Below are positions 61,559-64,000 of a stretch of 64,000 nt of DNA, in pieces. Position numbers and translations under genes: made by a program. Within the stretch, counting starts at the first letter, position 1; each line of letters starts with the position of its first letter. The notes beneath the pieces are model-generated. The model did no database searches. It saw nothing but the letters and a program-made list of their open reading frames with translations, and was not told where the DNA came from. Where the stretch lies: NCBI RefSeq assembly GCF_006345805.1, contig NC_043014.1, positions 1,426,001-1,490,000 of the forward strand, read 5' to 3'. This DNA is from Octopus sinensis. Lineage: Eukaryota.

Positions 61559-62239
61559 CTTGGACAAAGCAAGAATTGAGATTAAAAGACGTGTAAGTAG
61601 AAAGAAAACCAGGCGTTTGGAGAATTATGAAGAGAATTGTGTTGGGTAAAAGCCAGGAAAACATTGTAAATAGGAATTGTCCAAATAGACAAAACCTTTC
61701 CGTTTTACAGAGGATGGTTGGTCAGGACTGGCTTGCGATTAAACAACCGATAAATATTTTGTTGAGCTGAGAGGTATAAAGATTAATCGCCTCATCTGGC
61801 TAATGCTGTCCACGTCTTTGAGGTTTGCTGTTTTGTAAGCTGTATGGCGACCTCACAGGTGCCGGTGGCAAGGAAAAAAAGCAACCAGTATACTCTGCAA
61901 AGTGGTTGGCATTAGGAAGGGCATTCCTGGTGTAGAGACGATGCCAAAGTAGGCACTGGAGCGCAATGCAGTCCTTGGATCCACCGGATTCTACTAGATC
62001 TTCCAACCCATGTCAGCATGGAATATGGTCGTTAAAGGACGTTTATGACGATTCTTGAGGGTTTTGAACCCCACACATTAAAAGATAAACAGGAAAGACT
62101 ACCCCCCACCGGGGTCTGTCTCAACACAATAAATAAGCGCTGGTGATATTCACAGAGAACTTCTGGGATGGCCTTCAACTAAATGGGATTCTGAAGAATG
62201 TTTTGTTGTTTGTGAGGAAGATTTTGATGATATCAATCT

Positions 62240-62510
62240 AAGAATCAGAAGATAAAAAGAACGAAATTAAAGACATTCGACTTGGTTATCTTCTGGCCTG
62301 GTGCCACCGGATATAAACCAGTGTTTGTTGCACCGATTCTGGCAACATAATACCATGTTTCAAGATGATACCTGCCTCTAATTTCAGATTTATTTCTATG
62401 ATGACTGGGTGTTAATCTCAGTCTATTCTTGTTCCCGTAATGTTTATATATTTTGGTAATTGAAGATAACCGAACTAATTGTTCTCTGTCGACTCCTCCC
62501 ATCTTATTAG
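62240..62510 (-). mobile_element. Decayed piggyBac-like transposase C-terminal fragment
   Basis: Minus frame NKMGGVD resembles the YNxxMGGVD motif around the third catalytic Asp; downstream similarity is weak. Confidence 0.4.
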
Positions 62511-62635
62511 AACACGCGCATGTGTGTGTATATTGTGTATTGTGTATGAATGTATATATTATATATAGGTATATATACACATACCACATACGTAGATACA
62601 TATACCAAAAACGTAAAACTTATATTTGCGTGTAT

Positions 62636-62690
<55 letters not shown>

Positions 62691-63417
62691 TACATGTATA
62701 AATATATATATATATATATGTATATACATATGTATATATATATATATGTATATATATGTATGTATATATCTGTATATATATGTATATATATACATGTATG
62801 TATAGATATATATATACGTATATGTATATACATATATACACAATATATATATACGTATATATACATTTTATGAATACATTCATACATACATATATACATA
62901 TATGCATACAACATATACGTACATATAAGTGGATTATATAACCTTTCCTTACAAAATAGTAAATGGCAAATTTTTCAACTTCTATCGCTTTTTTAACTGT
63001 CCTCATATATTATATGCATATATATACACACACACACACACACATACATACAGATAGACAGACAGATAGATAGTTATTTGGCAGAGATGTTAGGGCATCA
63101 GCGAGATTGCATTACGTGATCATACAGGCGCCCTGCGATCTGGTTTCAAATGCCACCGAACTCATCTTCATCTTTCATCCTTTTGATGTTAATAAAAAAA
63201 AAAAACAACGACCCAATTCTGGGGTCAATGATTCTTCTCTTTTTCTCACTCACTCATTCTTCTTCTTCTTCTTCTTCTTCTTCTTCTTCTTCTTCTTCTT
63301 CTTCTCGAATATTGATTGTATTCAAACGTGAGAAGACATAAGCTTGGCCAAGTATAAAAAGGGTTTAAGATATACTCTATGTTCCCACGACTCAATCAAC
63401 GCATTAAGGGCCCTATA

Positions 63418-63490
<73 letters not shown>

Positions 63491-63574
63491 ATCTATCTAT
63501 ATGCATGCATGCATGCGCGTATGTATGTATGTATGTATGTATGTATGTATGTATGTATGTATGTATGTATGTAG

Positions 63575-63640
63575 TTTATTTAATCCAGGGTCTGTTACCC
63601 TGGACTTTCGACAGCATGCTGCCGTTTCTTCAGACATGTT
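63575..63640 (-). ncRNA. Incomplete hammerhead-like fold (intact core, helix I disrupted)
   Basis: Minus strand: CUGAAGA / AAC / GGCAGC-AU-GCUGUC / GAA / AGUCCAGGGU-AACAG-ACCCUGGAUU / A. Only 1 bp of helix I remains, next to an (ATGT)n tract. Confidence 0.4.
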
Positions 63641-64000
63641 GATACTCCAGAGTAACAGGCACCACTCTGAGTTTGTGCTGAGTACTTTCTCCGGATCGAT
63701 ACCAAAGAACAGTAACACACACACACACACACTCGTACACATGTGGATAAGTATGTACGTTTATAAACATATATTGCTTGTGTGTGTGTGTGTGTTTGTG
63801 TGTGTGCATGTTGTCTATGCCAACGAAGTTGGTGCTGAGCAGTGTCTAAAGCTGTTATACAGAGACGCAGGTGAATGGCTAATTCCTCCAAAATTCTAAA
63901 CTCATCCATCACGTGAGCCACCAAAGTTATTTGGCACCAACATTCTGGATGAGTTCTGCTGATCCAAATGCTTTAAGTACCCATCCCACTGCCAGCCACA

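Noticed and set aside
4062-63642. Numerous YIYI/VCVC/HTHT/LSLS ORFs in the supplied track
   Set aside because: All are translations of (TA)n, (TG)n, (CA)n, (CT)n or (CTAT)n microsatellites.
63810-63924. Protein-like frames on both strands (LVAHVMDEFRILEELAIHL..., VYANEVGAEQCLKLLYRDAG)
   Set aside because: No matching acceptor/donor pair and no recognisable homology.

Overview
AT-rich, microsatellite- and SINE-dense eukaryotic DNA. The repeat families look like those of an octopod cephalopod genome (my recognition, not a database result). One complete plus-strand gene dominates: a 20-exon STRIP1/2 (FAM40, STRIPAK complex) orthologue, CDS 11335-54162, 2436 nt = 811 aa, with every exon phase consistent and one GC-AG intron. 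It is flanked by a probable first coding exon of a divergent minus-strand gene (4727-4681) and a probable terminal exon of a convergent minus-strand gene (61558-61291); neither is identified. The rest is tRNA-derived SINEs, LINE remnants (CR1, RTE, R4/Dong-like, Penelope-like), MITEs, foldback elements, minisatellites and microsatellites. Most ORF-track entries are microsatellite artefacts. The main unexpected signal is a set of type I hammerhead-ribozyme folds, read by eye: a near-canonical one 0.6 kb upstream of the STRIP1 ATG, a U3-A8 compensatory-core variant on the sense strand of intron 1, two tandem A6U-core copies 778 nt apart in intron 9, and an incomplete one near the window end. Other notable items are a mariner-derived ~250-bp-arm foldback between two candidate poly(A) signals, a microsatellite array of decoy splice acceptors in front of exon 7, a missing conserved EEMP motif with a candidate 42-nt cassette exon, and several codons where A-to-I editing would restore the conserved residue. 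Nothing was computed or searched; homologue comparisons are from memory.
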